Part shown: piece by piece, positions 27,851 through 37,345 of the stretch
How the letters are laid out: the number at the start of each line of letters is the position of its first letter
Position numbering within the stretch: position 1 is the stretch's first letter
Assembly: GCA_964552295.1 (NCBI GenBank)
Contig: CAZKFV010000021.1
Location: 1 to 54,772 of the forward strand
Length of the DNA: 54,772 bases
Origin: an uncultured Thermotogae bacterium
Lineage (GTDB): Bacteria > Bipolaricaulota > Bipolaricaulia > UBA7950 > UBA9294
Direction: 5' to 3'
Notes under the pieces: generated by a model
What the model saw: only the letters and a program-made list of their open reading frames with translations
The model's database searches: none
What the model was told of the DNA's origin: nothing
Program-made: the position numbers and the translations under genes

Positions 27851-27895
27851 TGTTTCACAATTAAAAGCAAGCAATCGCAAACACGAGGAGTTCTG

Positions 27896-29386
27896 GTGAC
27901 GGACAAGTATGTAGCAGCAGTTGATTTGGGAACTAGTGGGGTACGGTGCGTCATATTTGACCGCTTGGCCGTTTCGGTCTCCTCTTCCTATCGCGAGATA
28001 CACCTGTCGTACCCACAGCCAGGGTGGGTTGAGCAAGACCCTGATGAGATATTTGAAGCTACACTACAGGTCATAAAGGATGCCCTGTTAAAGGGCGGTA
28101 TCTCAACGAAGGATCTCGTCTCATTTGGAATTACAAACCAACGCGAGACAGCCATAGTATGGAATCGCAAAACTGGAAAGCCCATATATCCAGCAATAGT
28201 ATGGCAGGATCGCCGCACAAGCCCTACTTGCGCACGGCTACGTGAAAGTGGTCTAGAGGAAGCAGTTAGAAGGAAAACTGGCCTTATGCTAGATCCGTAC
28301 TTCTCAGCAACCAAAATCGCGTGGATTTTAGACACCGTGTCTGGCGCAAGAACACAAGCCCACGAAGGCAAACTTCTATGTGGAACCCCCGATAGCTGGC
28401 TTATATGGCGCTTAACTGGAAGGCACCTTATAGATGCAAGCAATGCATCACGCACCCTATTGTTTAATCTTCATGAACTGGCCTGGGACGAAGACCTTAT
28501 AAAGGCATTTTCTGTTCCAAGAAAATGCCTTCCCCAGATACTACCAAGCCTCTCAGAATTTGCTTCTACCAAGCCAGAGCTCCTTGGCGGCAAGTCCGTG
28601 CCGATTACTGCGGTTCTCGGTGATCAACAAGCAGCTCTGTTCGGACACTGCGGCTTTAGCAAAGGCTCTACAAAGATGACTTGGGGTACTGGCGGGTTCC
28701 TTCTCTGTAATACTGGAAGCAGCCCTTTTGATAGCAAACATCGTTTACTTAGCACTTTGTTTTTCAATGGCGACGCACAGGTAAAGTATGGACTAGAAGG
28801 ATCCATTTTTGTGGCTGGCGCAGCCGTGCAATGGCTGCGCGATGGTTTGGGAATAATTTCCGACGCACAGCAATCAAGCGAAATAGCTAGAAGTACAGAC
28901 TCAACTGAAGGCGTGTACTTCGTTCCGGCCCTCACCGGGCTTGGTGCTCCGCACTGGGATCCAAGCGCGCGCGGCACTATCGTTGGAATCACCCGTGGCA
29001 CGCGGCGACAGCACATTGTACGAGCAGCGCTGGAGGCAATCGCATATCAAACTTACGATATCGTAGAAGCAATAGAGAATGATTTGAGCTACCCTCTGGA
29101 TGAATTGCACGTCGATGGTGGAGCAGCAAGAAACAACTTTCTCTGCCAATTTCAGTCAGATATCCTTGGCATGCCTGTAATTCGAGCAGAAGGGCTCGAG
29201 ATGACCTCGCGTGGGGCTGCGCTTGCGTCCGGTTTGACCGCCCAGTTTTGGAACAGCTTCCAAGAGCTCTCCTCTCTATCAATTTCCAATTCTCAATTTC
29301 TGCCACAAATGAAGAAGCCTAAGCGAGAGGAGCTTCTCTATTCATGGAAACAAGCCCTACAGAGAGCTAAAGGATGGGAAGGTTGA
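27896..29386 (+). CDS. glpK: glycerol kinase
   Basis: DLGTS, PQPGWVEQDP, GITNQRET, WQDRRT, DPYFSATK, SNASRT, GDQQAALFG, GLGAPHWD. Confidence 0.95.
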   Translation: MTDKYVAAVDLGTSGVRCVIFDRLAVSVSSSYREIHLSYPQPGWVEQDPDEIFEATLQVIKDALLKGGISTKDLVSFGITNQRETAIVWNRKTGKPIYPAIVWQDRRTSPTCARLRESGLEEAVRRKTGLMLDPYFSATKIAWILDTVSGARTQAHEGKLLCGTPDSWLIWRLTGRHLIDASNASRTLLFNLHELAWDEDLIKAFSVPRKCLPQILPSLSEFASTKPELLGGKSVPITAVLGDQQAALFGHCGFSKGSTKMTWGTGGFLLCNTGSSPFDSKHRLLSTLFFNGDAQVKYGLEGSIFVAGAAVQWLRDGLGIISDAQQSSEIARSTDSTEGVYFVPALTGLGAPHWDPSARGTIVGITRGTRRQHIVRAALEAIAYQTYDIVEAIENDLSYPLDELHVDGGAARNNFLCQFQSDILGMPVIRAEGLEMTSRGAALASGLTAQFWNSFQELSSLSISNSQFLPQMKKPKREELLYSWKQALQRAKGWEG

Positions 29387-30813
29387 GGGTCGCAGTCGTT
29401 GGCGCAGGTGTCGTGGGATCATTGATTGCGCGCGAGTTAACTCGGTACAACGCTTACGTCATGCTATTTGAACGGGAGCCAGACGTCGGTTGGGGAGTAA
29501 CCAAGGCAAACTCGGCAATTATACATGGCTGTTTTCACGAGAAGCCAGGAAGCGAGCGAGCCAGGTTCTGTATAGACGGAAACAGGCTTTATGAGCAAAT
29601 CGCGCATGACCTGGACATTCCTTTAAGGAAAATCGGCGCCTACGTGATAGCCCTAGATGACCAGCAAGTTCATGCCTTAGAAAAGCTTTATAAGCAAGGT
29701 GTAGCAAACCAGACACCAGGGCTCGAGATCCACGATAAGAAAAATGTGCTTGCGCGGGAGCCGAATCTCAATCCCAGCTTGGTAGCCGGTCTCTGGTCAC
29801 CATCTGTGGCAATAACGGAGCCTTGGGCTATCGCTATAGCTGCAGTAGAAAACGCTACATCAAACGGGCTAGAGCTGCATGTCGAGGAGAAAGTAATAGC
29901 TATCGAAACCTCTAGCAATCATGTGCAACAAGTTATCACCAACAAGCGCCAATACAAGGTTGATGCAGTAGTAAACGCCGCTGGCTTGTTTTCTGACCGC
30001 ATTGCAGAAATGGTTGGGCTTTCTGGCCCAACCATATATCCCCGCCGGGGGCAGTATATACTGCTGGACAAGAAGGCAGGCTCGCTCATTTCATCGGTGA
30101 TCTTCCCAGCCCCCGATGTGGTTTCTAAGGGGATTCTAGTCGTCCCCACGATTGATGGAGGCGTCCTACTCGGCCCAACCGCCGAGGACCTAGAGCGTAA
30201 GCAGAAAGACGCCGTGGAGACTACACGTGATGGCCTGCTTCAGGTGATCGATGGAGTGCGCAAACTAGTTCCAAGAATAGATCTGTCGTTGGTGGTAAAG
30301 ACATTTTCCGGCCTGCGGCCAGAGACACAAGATAACAAGTTTGTCATTGGCAAAACAGATGTAGCCGGTTTTTTCCAGGCAGCTGGGATGCGCTCGCCTG
30401 GATTGACCGCAGCTCCATCGATTGCTTCGTTCCTGGTAAACGATATTATGGCCCAGGAGCTTGACCTCACAAAGAAAGAGTTGTTCAACCCAACGCGCCA
30501 AGCAATACCAAGAACTATGGATCTTACAGAAATAGAAGCAAATAAGTTGATAGCATCGAACCCTCATTATGGAAAGCTCATCTGCCAATGTAACCAGGTA
30601 ACGGAAGGAGAGATCGTCGATGCAATTCATCGCGGTGCCCATACACTGGATGGAGTTAAATTTCGAACTCGGGCTGGCTTCGGCCGCTGTCAGGGTGGGT
30701 TCTGTACAGACAAGATCCTGATGATCCTGGCTCGTGAGTTGAATGTCTCTCCAACGGATATCACCTTGCGTGGAGGAGAAAGCTCTGTCGTTGACAGATT
30801 ACTGAGACAATGA
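29374..30813 (+). CDS. FAD-dependent glycerol-3-phosphate dehydrogenase-like subunit with C-terminal BFD [2Fe-2S] domain
   Basis: GAGVVG Rossmann motif, TKANSAIIH, GLRP, SPGLTAAP, ICQC...GRCQGGFC. Confidence 0.85.
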   Translation: MGRLRVAVVGAGVVGSLIARELTRYNAYVMLFEREPDVGWGVTKANSAIIHGCFHEKPGSERARFCIDGNRLYEQIAHDLDIPLRKIGAYVIALDDQQVHALEKLYKQGVANQTPGLEIHDKKNVLAREPNLNPSLVAGLWSPSVAITEPWAIAIAAVENATSNGLELHVEEKVIAIETSSNHVQQVITNKRQYKVDAVVNAAGLFSDRIAEMVGLSGPTIYPRRGQYILLDKKAGSLISSVIFPAPDVVSKGILVVPTIDGGVLLGPTAEDLERKQKDAVETTRDGLLQVIDGVRKLVPRIDLSLVVKTFSGLRPETQDNKFVIGKTDVAGFFQAAGMRSPGLTAAPSIASFLVNDIMAQELDLTKKELFNPTRQAIPRTMDLTEIEANKLIASNPHYGKLICQCNQVTEGEIVDAIHRGAHTLDGVKFRTRAGFGRCQGGFCTDKILMILARELNVSPTDITLRGGESSVVDRLLRQ

Positions 30814-32048
30814 AGAGAATACGCACTGAGGTTCTAGTGGTAGGGGGAGGCGCCGCAGGTATGGCAGCTGCTGCCGCTGCTTCCAATACCGGCGCAAAGA
30901 CGCTTATGTTGGAGCGGGATGATGAAGTAGGAGGAGTGCTTAATCAGTGCATCCACACAGGTTTCGGTCTTCATCGCTACCGAGAAGAGCTTGCCGGCCC
31001 GGAATTCGGACATCGTTTAGCACAAGAGCTTTCCGATGCAAAGGCCGATGTGATAACAGGTTGTACACTCATTAACATTGACCCAAAAGGGCCAACCGCT
31101 GAGGCACTTTCCCCGACAAAAAGAATACTGATCAGTCCAAAAGCTATCGTATGGGCAACCGGCGCCCGTGAGCGGCCCTACGGCAGCCTGATGGCCCCGG
31201 GTCCCCGGCCAGCTGGTATCTACACCGCTGGGCTCGCTCAACGATTGGTCAACATCCATGGTTACCTGCCCGGCAAACGCGCACTGATACTGGGATCAGG
31301 CGATATTGGGCTGATCATGGCGCGCAGGTTGCACTTGGAAGGAATGGAAGTAGCCGCTGTGGTCGAGCTTCAGTCCTGTCCCGGTGGCTTAATGAGGAAC
31401 GTTGTGCAGTGCTTGGAGGACTATAGCATACCTTTACTATTAAGCCACACTATTATTAGAATTGAAGGGACAAAGCGACTTACGGGAGTCACAATTGCGC
31501 AGGTGGATGAATGCCGCAACCCAATTGCCCGTTCAGAAAAGCATTTTGTAGTAGATACCCTGATTCTATCCATCGGTCTAATCCCGGAAAACGAACTCAT
31601 TATGCCATTTACACCTCTTGATCCTGTGAACCGGGGGCCTTTTGTTAACTCTCTTATGCAGACCAATATTCCATGGATGTTTGCCGCTGGAAATAACGTA
31701 GCAATTTTCGACCTTGTCGATTCAGTCGCAGCGGTCGGTGAACTGGCTGGCAAGTCCGCAGCCCTATACTCCAACGGTAAGCTACCAAAGGAACGGCAGA
31801 CACACCTAAAGCGAGGCAAAAACGTAGCTGCCCTAGTGCCCACATCGATCACTTATGCAGAAAAGGCCAAGCTATACTTGCGCCCTTCCCGAGCTATGGA
31901 TCAGGCAACTATTCAAATAGGCGATGTTATATCACGCAAGCTACCAGTTGTGCGCCCAAGCGAGATGGTCGAGATAAGCCTGCCCGAAGGCAAACTCTGC
32001 CAATTGCTTAAGGGGGCCGAAGCGCAAGTAGAAGTGAAGGCTAGCTGA
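30810..32048 (+). CDS. NAD(P)/FAD-dependent oxidoreductase, partner subunit
   Basis: GGGAAG, GGVLNQCIHTGFG, ATGARER, GSGDIGLIMARR, RNVVQCL. Confidence 0.85.
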   Translation: MKRIRTEVLVVGGGAAGMAAAAAASNTGAKTLMLERDDEVGGVLNQCIHTGFGLHRYREELAGPEFGHRLAQELSDAKADVITGCTLINIDPKGPTAEALSPTKRILISPKAIVWATGARERPYGSLMAPGPRPAGIYTAGLAQRLVNIHGYLPGKRALILGSGDIGLIMARRLHLEGMEVAAVVELQSCPGGLMRNVVQCLEDYSIPLLLSHTIIRIEGTKRLTGVTIAQVDECRNPIARSEKHFVVDTLILSIGLIPENELIMPFTPLDPVNRGPFVNSLMQTNIPWMFAAGNNVAIFDLVDSVAAVGELAGKSAALYSNGKLPKERQTHLKRGKNVAALVPTSITYAEKAKLYLRPSRAMDQATIQIGDVISRKLPVVRPSEMVEISLPEGKLCQLLKGAEAQVEVKAS

Positions 32049-32416
32049 TGGAAAAGCAACTAATCTGTGTCTCTTGCCCCGTCGGTTGCCCTATCAGTGT
32101 TAAGATCGAAGGGGGTGAGGTAGTCGACGTAAAGGGAAATCGTTGTGCTCGTGGAGATGCTTACGCTCGGCAAGAGGCAATCGACCCCGTCAGGGTGCTT
32201 CCCACCAGCGTGAAAGTAGTTGACGGCACCCATCCCTTGGTTTCAGTTAAGACCGACAAACCTGTCCCGAAAAGGCTAATCCATCAGATCATGAACTACA
32301 TAAAGAGCCTTTCCGTTGACGCCCCAGTGGAGATTGGACAAGCGGTATCCGAAGACGTACTAGGTACAGGAGCAAACCTTATCGCCACACGCAAAGTCCC
32401 CAGGCTGAAAGGCTGA
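32048..32416 (+). CDS. DUF1667 small Cys-motif (metal-binding) protein
   Basis: CVSCPVGC...GNRCARG, PVRVLPTSV, VSVKT, IATR. Confidence 0.85.
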   Translation: MEKQLICVSCPVGCPISVKIEGGEVVDVKGNRCARGDAYARQEAIDPVRVLPTSVKVVDGTHPLVSVKTDKPVPKRLIHQIMNYIKSLSVDAPVEIGQAVSEDVLGTGANLIATRKVPRLKG

Positions 32417-32445
32417 CGCGCTATCCAGCCGTCGGTGAACGATCC

Positions 32446-33525
32446 CTACAGCAGGGTAACTTCCGTTTCTGCCTCAAACAGATGAAGAGTGGTGAGGTTT
32501 GGCGATAGCTTGATTATAGAATCTATCTCCACGTGCTGGTGCGGGTCAAGATTGGCAACTATCTGTTGCCCTCCACAGTCAGCGTAGACAAGCAACTCGT
32601 TACCCAAGGGCTCTGTTACCTTTACCGTCATCTCCAGAAGGTTTTCCGCTTCTTGCGCCGGAACAGTCAAATCCTCAGGACGTATCCCTACAACTACCTG
32701 CTCGGGAACTGTATCAATCCTTCCATCTGATGGAAGCTTGATCTTGAACCCTTCACCTTCTAGGGTAATCACGCCGTCCTCCATACTTGCTCGTCCACTA
32801 AGAAAGTTCATAGCCGGACTGCCTATAAACCCAGCCACAAACTGATTCTCCGGATGATCATACGTCTCCTGCGGAGATGCATACTGATGTATCACCCCAT
32901 CTCGCATCACTGCTATCTTACTTCCTAACGTCATCGCCTCTACCTGGTCGTGCGTTACATACACCGTCGTCGTCTTCAACTTGTGGTGTAACTGCTCAAG
33001 CTCAGTACGCATCTGTACACGTAGCTTTGCATCCAGGTTAGATAGGGGCTCGTCAAACAGGAATACCTTTGGATCACGCACGATGGCCCTGCCAACTGCC
33101 ACTCGCTGCCGCTGACCACCAGACAACTCGCGCGGTTTGCTCTTCAGCTTTCCTTCGATTCCCAAAAGGGATGCCGCCGCTTGCACCCGCTCATCTATCT
33201 CCTTCTTGGGAATCTTCCGGAGCTTCAGACCAAACGCCATATTGTTGTATACGTCCATGTGCGGATACAACGCGTAGTTTTGGAAGACCATGGCAATGTC
33301 CCGATCTTTCGGAGGCACTCGGTTAACGACTCTATCACCAATTTTCACTTCGCCACTGGTTACTTCCTCCAATCCGGCAATCATTCGCAGTGTAGTGGTT
33401 TTCCCGCACCCAGATGGCCCAACCAACACTGTGAATGCACCATCATCCACCTGAAGGTCGATGTCCCTCACCGCGACAAAATCACCGAACTTCTTCAATA
33501 CCTTTTCGAGCACTACCTCTGCCAT
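32446..33525 (-). CDS. ugpC: carbohydrate ABC ATPase (UgpC/MalK/MsmX-like)
   Basis: start moved to ATG after GGAGG; GPSGCGKT, LSGGQRQR, DEPLSNLDAKLR, VTHDQ, FIGSP. Confidence 0.92.
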   Translation of the reverse strand: MAEVVLEKVLKKFGDFVAVRDIDLQVDDGAFTVLVGPSGCGKTTTLRMIAGLEEVTSGEVKIGDRVVNRVPPKDRDIAMVFQNYALYPHMDVYNNMAFGLKLRKIPKKEIDERVQAAASLLGIEGKLKSKPRELSGGQRQRVAVGRAIVRDPKVFLFDEPLSNLDAKLRVQMRTELEQLHHKLKTTTVYVTHDQVEAMTLGSKIAVMRDGVIHQYASPQETYDHPENQFVAGFIGSPAMNFLSGRASMEDGVITLEGEGFKIKLPSDGRIDTVPEQVVVGIRPEDLTVPAQEAENLLEMTVKVTEPLGNELLVYADCGGQQIVANLDPHQHVEIDSIIKLSPNLTTLHLFEAETEVTLL

Positions 33526-33655
33526 AGGCTTTCCTCCAGTACTTAAGTCTTCTTGGGGTCGAGTATCCAACGTTAAAGTGTCAGTTCAATCATATCACAA
33601 AACACCATTCGAGCAAAAGATCACACACGTTAGACACTTGTGCTTTGCCGCCATC

Positions 33656-35455
33656 TCATCCCAACGCTTTAGAAAAGCATATTAGGCTACGCTTGTTCTC
33701 ACCGTCCACGTATACATCCAGGCCTTTCTCGAAATGAAAGCGTTTGACGTAACGATCCGCCGATATAACGCTTTGCCGATCAAGCAGCTTTCTGTTTAGG
33801 TAATCACCCTGGCTCTCATCAAAAGGCAGATAAAGCACGTCACTTGCGACCATATCAGCATAGAAGTGCGTTCCGTACGACACTTCAGGAGAAAACGATT
33901 CTGTTGCCATCTCCACAATCACCGCAGCGCCAGCTATCTCACCGTAGCGTACTGGTACGCCAAGCTGTGGATTTGAAGTGCCCCAGCGGCCGGGCCCAAT
34001 AAGTATGTAATCCATATCATTCAGGCGATCATTGATCCTACCCACTCGGCGAGCGATCGCGTGCCCCTCTTCCCAGCTATATGAGGAGGGATCAACAAAT
34101 ATCAAATCATGAATCCTCCTCCGAACACCGTTTCCCAACACCCTTTGGCCCGCCAGCAGGATGTTTTCAGCATCTATTCTAGGAAGGCGGATGATGCGAT
34201 GCTGTGATCTTCCGCCAAGAGGACGGGCCTGCAACAGGTAAAGAAGCGGCATTCCCTTTTCTCCTGGCGCTGGGAAGTTAACAGCAAATTCAATATCAAT
34301 CGGAAGCTCAAACAGCTCTTGCAAGCCCGCTAGTAGTTCTTTCAGCATTGGAGTGAAGGGCATAATGTTGTTAGTACCAATCAGACGCTCAAAGGAGGCA
34401 ATATACCTGCCCGTTAAAGAAAGGGCAGACACAGGCTCGCTTAGGAAACCATCAGCATCAACGATCGAACACACCTTCTGTAGCACCAAGTTATCAAGTA
34501 AAGACAGCCGCACCTGACTGAGCCGCCTGCATCTCATGTCAAGCACATCCACCATCTCCTGGGAGTACTTGATTACCGCCCTTTCTCCTGATCCCTCAGG
34601 CCTTAAGCCAGGAATCCTGGGAGAAAACACGCGCGCGTACTCTCTTCCTACAGCACGAGTTCCCACTCCCACAACTAGCCTTACAACACCATCTTCAGAA
34701 CGAAGGCGCTCACTCCAGGGATAGAAATTGAGAGAGAAGCCAACCCCACCAATTAAGGGATAGAAGAGATTCTCAGGGTAGTGTTGACCGATCATGTTCT
34801 GGATTAGGATAGCCATCTTCTCATCTCGCCAAGAAAGGCCGTACCGCTTGCGGTAAGCACGTGCATTTTCTCCAAAGGTCGAAGCGTATACCCGCTTGAT
34901 AGCCGCTATTAGCTCTTCCAGTCGCTGTGTGTTACTACCAGTGTTTGCCAGGAACTCCGAAAGATAAATACCGGCAAAAGAATGTTCTGCATTGTCTTCC
35001 ATCAAAGATGATGAACGAACCACAAGCGGACGATGTTCACTTAAAAGGAAGCCCTCTAACACGTTACGAATAGCGGTAGGAAAGCTGGAGGCAACAATAC
35101 GTTGGTAGAGGGTCTCTGGACCAAGCTTCTCGTCGCACCTGGCGAGCACCGCTTTGCTTATATTGCTTCCATCTATGAACTCATCGAATGCACCAGTGCG
35201 TACAACAAGAGAGTCTGGAAACCTAAGAAGGTGATCATATGACGTCAGTGCGTCATGTGTCGCTAAATAGTCCTCTACAAACAACAGGCCACGGGCTTTT
35301 CCCCCTATCTCTCCTTCAGCAACAAATCGGAAATTCTCGGGAAGTGAACTAGAAGGAAAATGGTATTTGCCGTCACTGTCTCTGCCAAACCTGTAGAATC
35401 CGGACTTTTTCCATGGCCGAGACACATGATTTACCCGCAAATTCTCTTTCATCAA
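33656..35455 (-). CDS. PPDK-N (ATP-grasp, 'PEP/pyruvate-binding') domain protein lacking the PEP-binding barrel
   Basis: IGGKARGL, VRSSSLMED...FAGIY, DIEFA, LLQARP, then GPGRWG and SYGTHF. Confidence 0.82.
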   Translation of the reverse strand: MMKENLRVNHVSRPWKKSGFYRFGRDSDGKYHFPSSSLPENFRFVAEGEIGGKARGLLFVEDYLATHDALTSYDHLLRFPDSLVVRTGAFDEFIDGSNISKAVLARCDEKLGPETLYQRIVASSFPTAIRNVLEGFLLSEHRPLVVRSSSLMEDNAEHSFAGIYLSEFLANTGSNTQRLEELIAAIKRVYASTFGENARAYRKRYGLSWRDEKMAILIQNMIGQHYPENLFYPLIGGVGFSLNFYPWSERLRSEDGVVRLVVGVGTRAVGREYARVFSPRIPGLRPEGSGERAVIKYSQEMVDVLDMRCRRLSQVRLSLLDNLVLQKVCSIVDADGFLSEPVSALSLTGRYIASFERLIGTNNIMPFTPMLKELLAGLQELFELPIDIEFAVNFPAPGEKGMPLLYLLQARPLGGRSQHRIIRLPRIDAENILLAGQRVLGNGVRRRIHDLIFVDPSSYSWEEGHAIARRVGRINDRLNDMDYILIGPGRWGTSNPQLGVPVRYGEIAGAAVIVEMATESFSPEVSYGTHFYADMVASDVLYLPFDESQGDYLNRKLLDRQSVISADRYVKRFHFEKGLDVYVDGENKRSLICFSKALG

Positions 35456-35524
35456 ACGCTCCTTGGCCTGCTAGCCTGCGCTTGAATGAGCTATAAGCAT
35501 TAAGTATGAAACAAGCCTACAGAG

Positions 35525-36067
35525 CTAACTAAATTGAGACTGCAAGAAGAAAATACCCAAGACCGTCTTAGCATCACGGATACTTCCGGTTTCGATCATT
35601 CTTACAAGCTCTGACATGCTGTATGAATCGTAGGCATCGATCTCTTGGGGATCGAAATGGCCTATTTTACTGAGCTGTTCTGCCATGTAAAGGGTAATTT
35701 CCTCGTTCGTAAATCCTGGGGACGTAAAGAAGGAGAAGAGGCGCCTCCATTTCTCAGCACTGTATCCGGTCTCTTCTCTCAATTCCCGCTTTGCAGATTC
35801 AAGGGCACATTCCCCAGGGTCTATCAACCCCGCTGGAATCTCCCACAATGAATCCCCTACTGCATGGCGATATTGCCTAACCAGAATTATTCTCCCGTTT
35901 GGCAGCACGGGGAGTATCGCCACAGCGCCCGGATGAAGGACAATCTCTCGGTCCTTTTCCTCACCAGATGGAAGTGTTACACGATCGACTGTAACGCGAA
36001 TCAGCCTTCCAGCAAAGACTTCTTCACTGCTTACGGTCCGATTATCATCTGGCGGCGTTGTAGCCAA
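35525..36067 (-). CDS. NUDIX hydrolase, ADP-ribose pyrophosphatase-like
   Basis: HPGAV, VRQYR, EIPAG...AKRELREETG, SPGF, DAKT. Confidence 0.9.
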   Translation of the reverse strand: MATTPPDDNRTVSSEEVFAGRLIRVTVDRVTLPSGEEKDREIVLHPGAVAILPVLPNGRIILVRQYRHAVGDSLWEIPAGLIDPGECALESAKRELREETGYSAEKWRRLFSFFTSPGFTNEEITLYMAEQLSKIGHFDPQEIDAYDSYSMSELVRMIETGSIRDAKTVLGIFFLQSQFS

Positions 36068-36584
36068 GATCCAATGCCTTTGCGTTTAACTCTACAAATT
36101 TTCCCTTCCCGCCTTTCTCAAGCATATGGGCCATTGTTTCCTTCGCTCTGTCAAGCGGTATTATCCCGGTCTCCTTCAGATATCCACCCAATGCCACCAT
36201 ATTGATTGAGCGAGAACTCCCCGCTTCTAGACTTAAATCATTCAAGGGTAACTTACTTACAGTAATACCGTCTCGCTTCACATCCCGATCGATAAGTGAA
36301 GAGTTTAGTATGATGGATCCGCCTCTGGCAACCATCGGCTCGAACTTATCAAGCGAAGGGAGATTCATAGCAATTAACGAAGAAGGCTGATCTACGATCG
36401 GCGATCCAATGGCCTCATCCCCCATTACTACTGTACAATTAGCCGTCCCGCCTCTCATCTCTGGCCCGTATGAAGGAAGCCAGGTTACCTCAAGGCCGTG
36501 ATCCATAGCCGCTTGAGCAAGTATCTTCCCGGCCAGAATCACTCCTTGTCCACCAAATCCGGCAATCACTACCGACTGTTCCAT
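36045..36584 (-). CDS. 2-oxoacid:ferredoxin oxidoreductase gamma subunit
   Basis: AGFGGQGVI, PSYGPEMRGGTANC, NMVALG. Confidence 0.93.
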   Translation of the reverse strand: MEQSVVIAGFGGQGVILAGKILAQAAMDHGLEVTWLPSYGPEMRGGTANCTVVMGDEAIGSPIVDQPSSLIAMNLPSLDKFEPMVARGGSIILNSSLIDRDVKRDGITVSKLPLNDLSLEAGSSRSINMVALGGYLKETGIIPLDRAKETMAHMLEKGGKGKFVELNAKALDLGYNAAR

Positions 36585-36586
36585 TT

Positions 36587-37345
36587 CTACCCCCTGTCTA
36601 CTAGATCCCCAAGGGGGAATACCTTGGTTACCACATTAGCGACGTGCTTAGCTGATTCGACGGGATCCATATGCCAATTGGTAGGGCACGTCGATAGAAC
36701 CTCAACAAGCGAGTAGCCTTTCCCTTCCACCTGATTTACAAACGCCTTCTTGATTGCCTTGGTTGCGTTGATGATCCGTTTTGTATCGTACAAAGCTTGT
36801 CTGGTCACATAAACTGGCGCGTCCAGCTGGGCAATCATCTCAGAGAAGCGTATTGGGTAGCCAAACATCCGTACATCGCGCCCTGTAGGCGTAGTGGTAG
36901 TCTTCTGGCCAACAAGCGTAGTGGGGGCCATCTCTCCCCCGGTCATTCCGTATACTTGATTGTTGACAAAGATAACCGTGATGTTCTCTCCCCGGTTAGC
37001 TGCATGAATCGATTCAGCTGTTCCTATGCTGGCAAAGTCTCCATCGCCTTGATAGGACATGACAACCAGATTGGGGTCTGCGCGCTTGATCCCGGTAGCC
37101 ACAGCACTGGCGCGGCCATGTGCAGCCTGCACACCGTCACAGCGGTACCAAAGGTAGGCGAATACAGCACAACCTACAGGAGCTATGATCACTGTCCGTT
37201 CAGCGATATCAAGTTCGTCAATTACCTGACCGATGATACGAGTCAAGACTCCATGTTGGCAGCCCGGGCAGTAGGTAGAGCGTGCCTCGGTCAGGCTCTT
37301 GGGCCGCGAGAACACCTTAACCATATCATTTGCATCAGCAGACAT
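36587..37345 (-). CDS. 2-oxoacid:ferredoxin oxidoreductase beta (TPP-binding) subunit
   Basis: YCPGC, PVGC, HGRA, YQGDGD, NNQVYGMTGG, STCPTNW. Confidence 0.93.
   Translation of the reverse strand: MSADANDMVKVFSRPKSLTEARSTYCPGCQHGVLTRIIGQVIDELDIAERTVIIAPVGCAVFAYLWYRCDGVQAAHGRASAVATGIKRADPNLVVMSYQGDGDFASIGTAESIHAANRGENITVIFVNNQVYGMTGGEMAPTTLVGQKTTTTPTGRDVRMFGYPIRFSEMIAQLDAPVYVTRQALYDTKRIINATKAIKKAFVNQVEGKGYSLVEVLSTCPTNWHMDPVESAKHVANVVTKVFPLGDLVDRG

Noticed and set aside
33656-35455. Functional PEP synthase/PPDK, or a pseudogene of one
   Set aside because: The canonical phospho-His motif and PEP barrel are absent, yet the ORF is intact with a distinct C-terminal domain.
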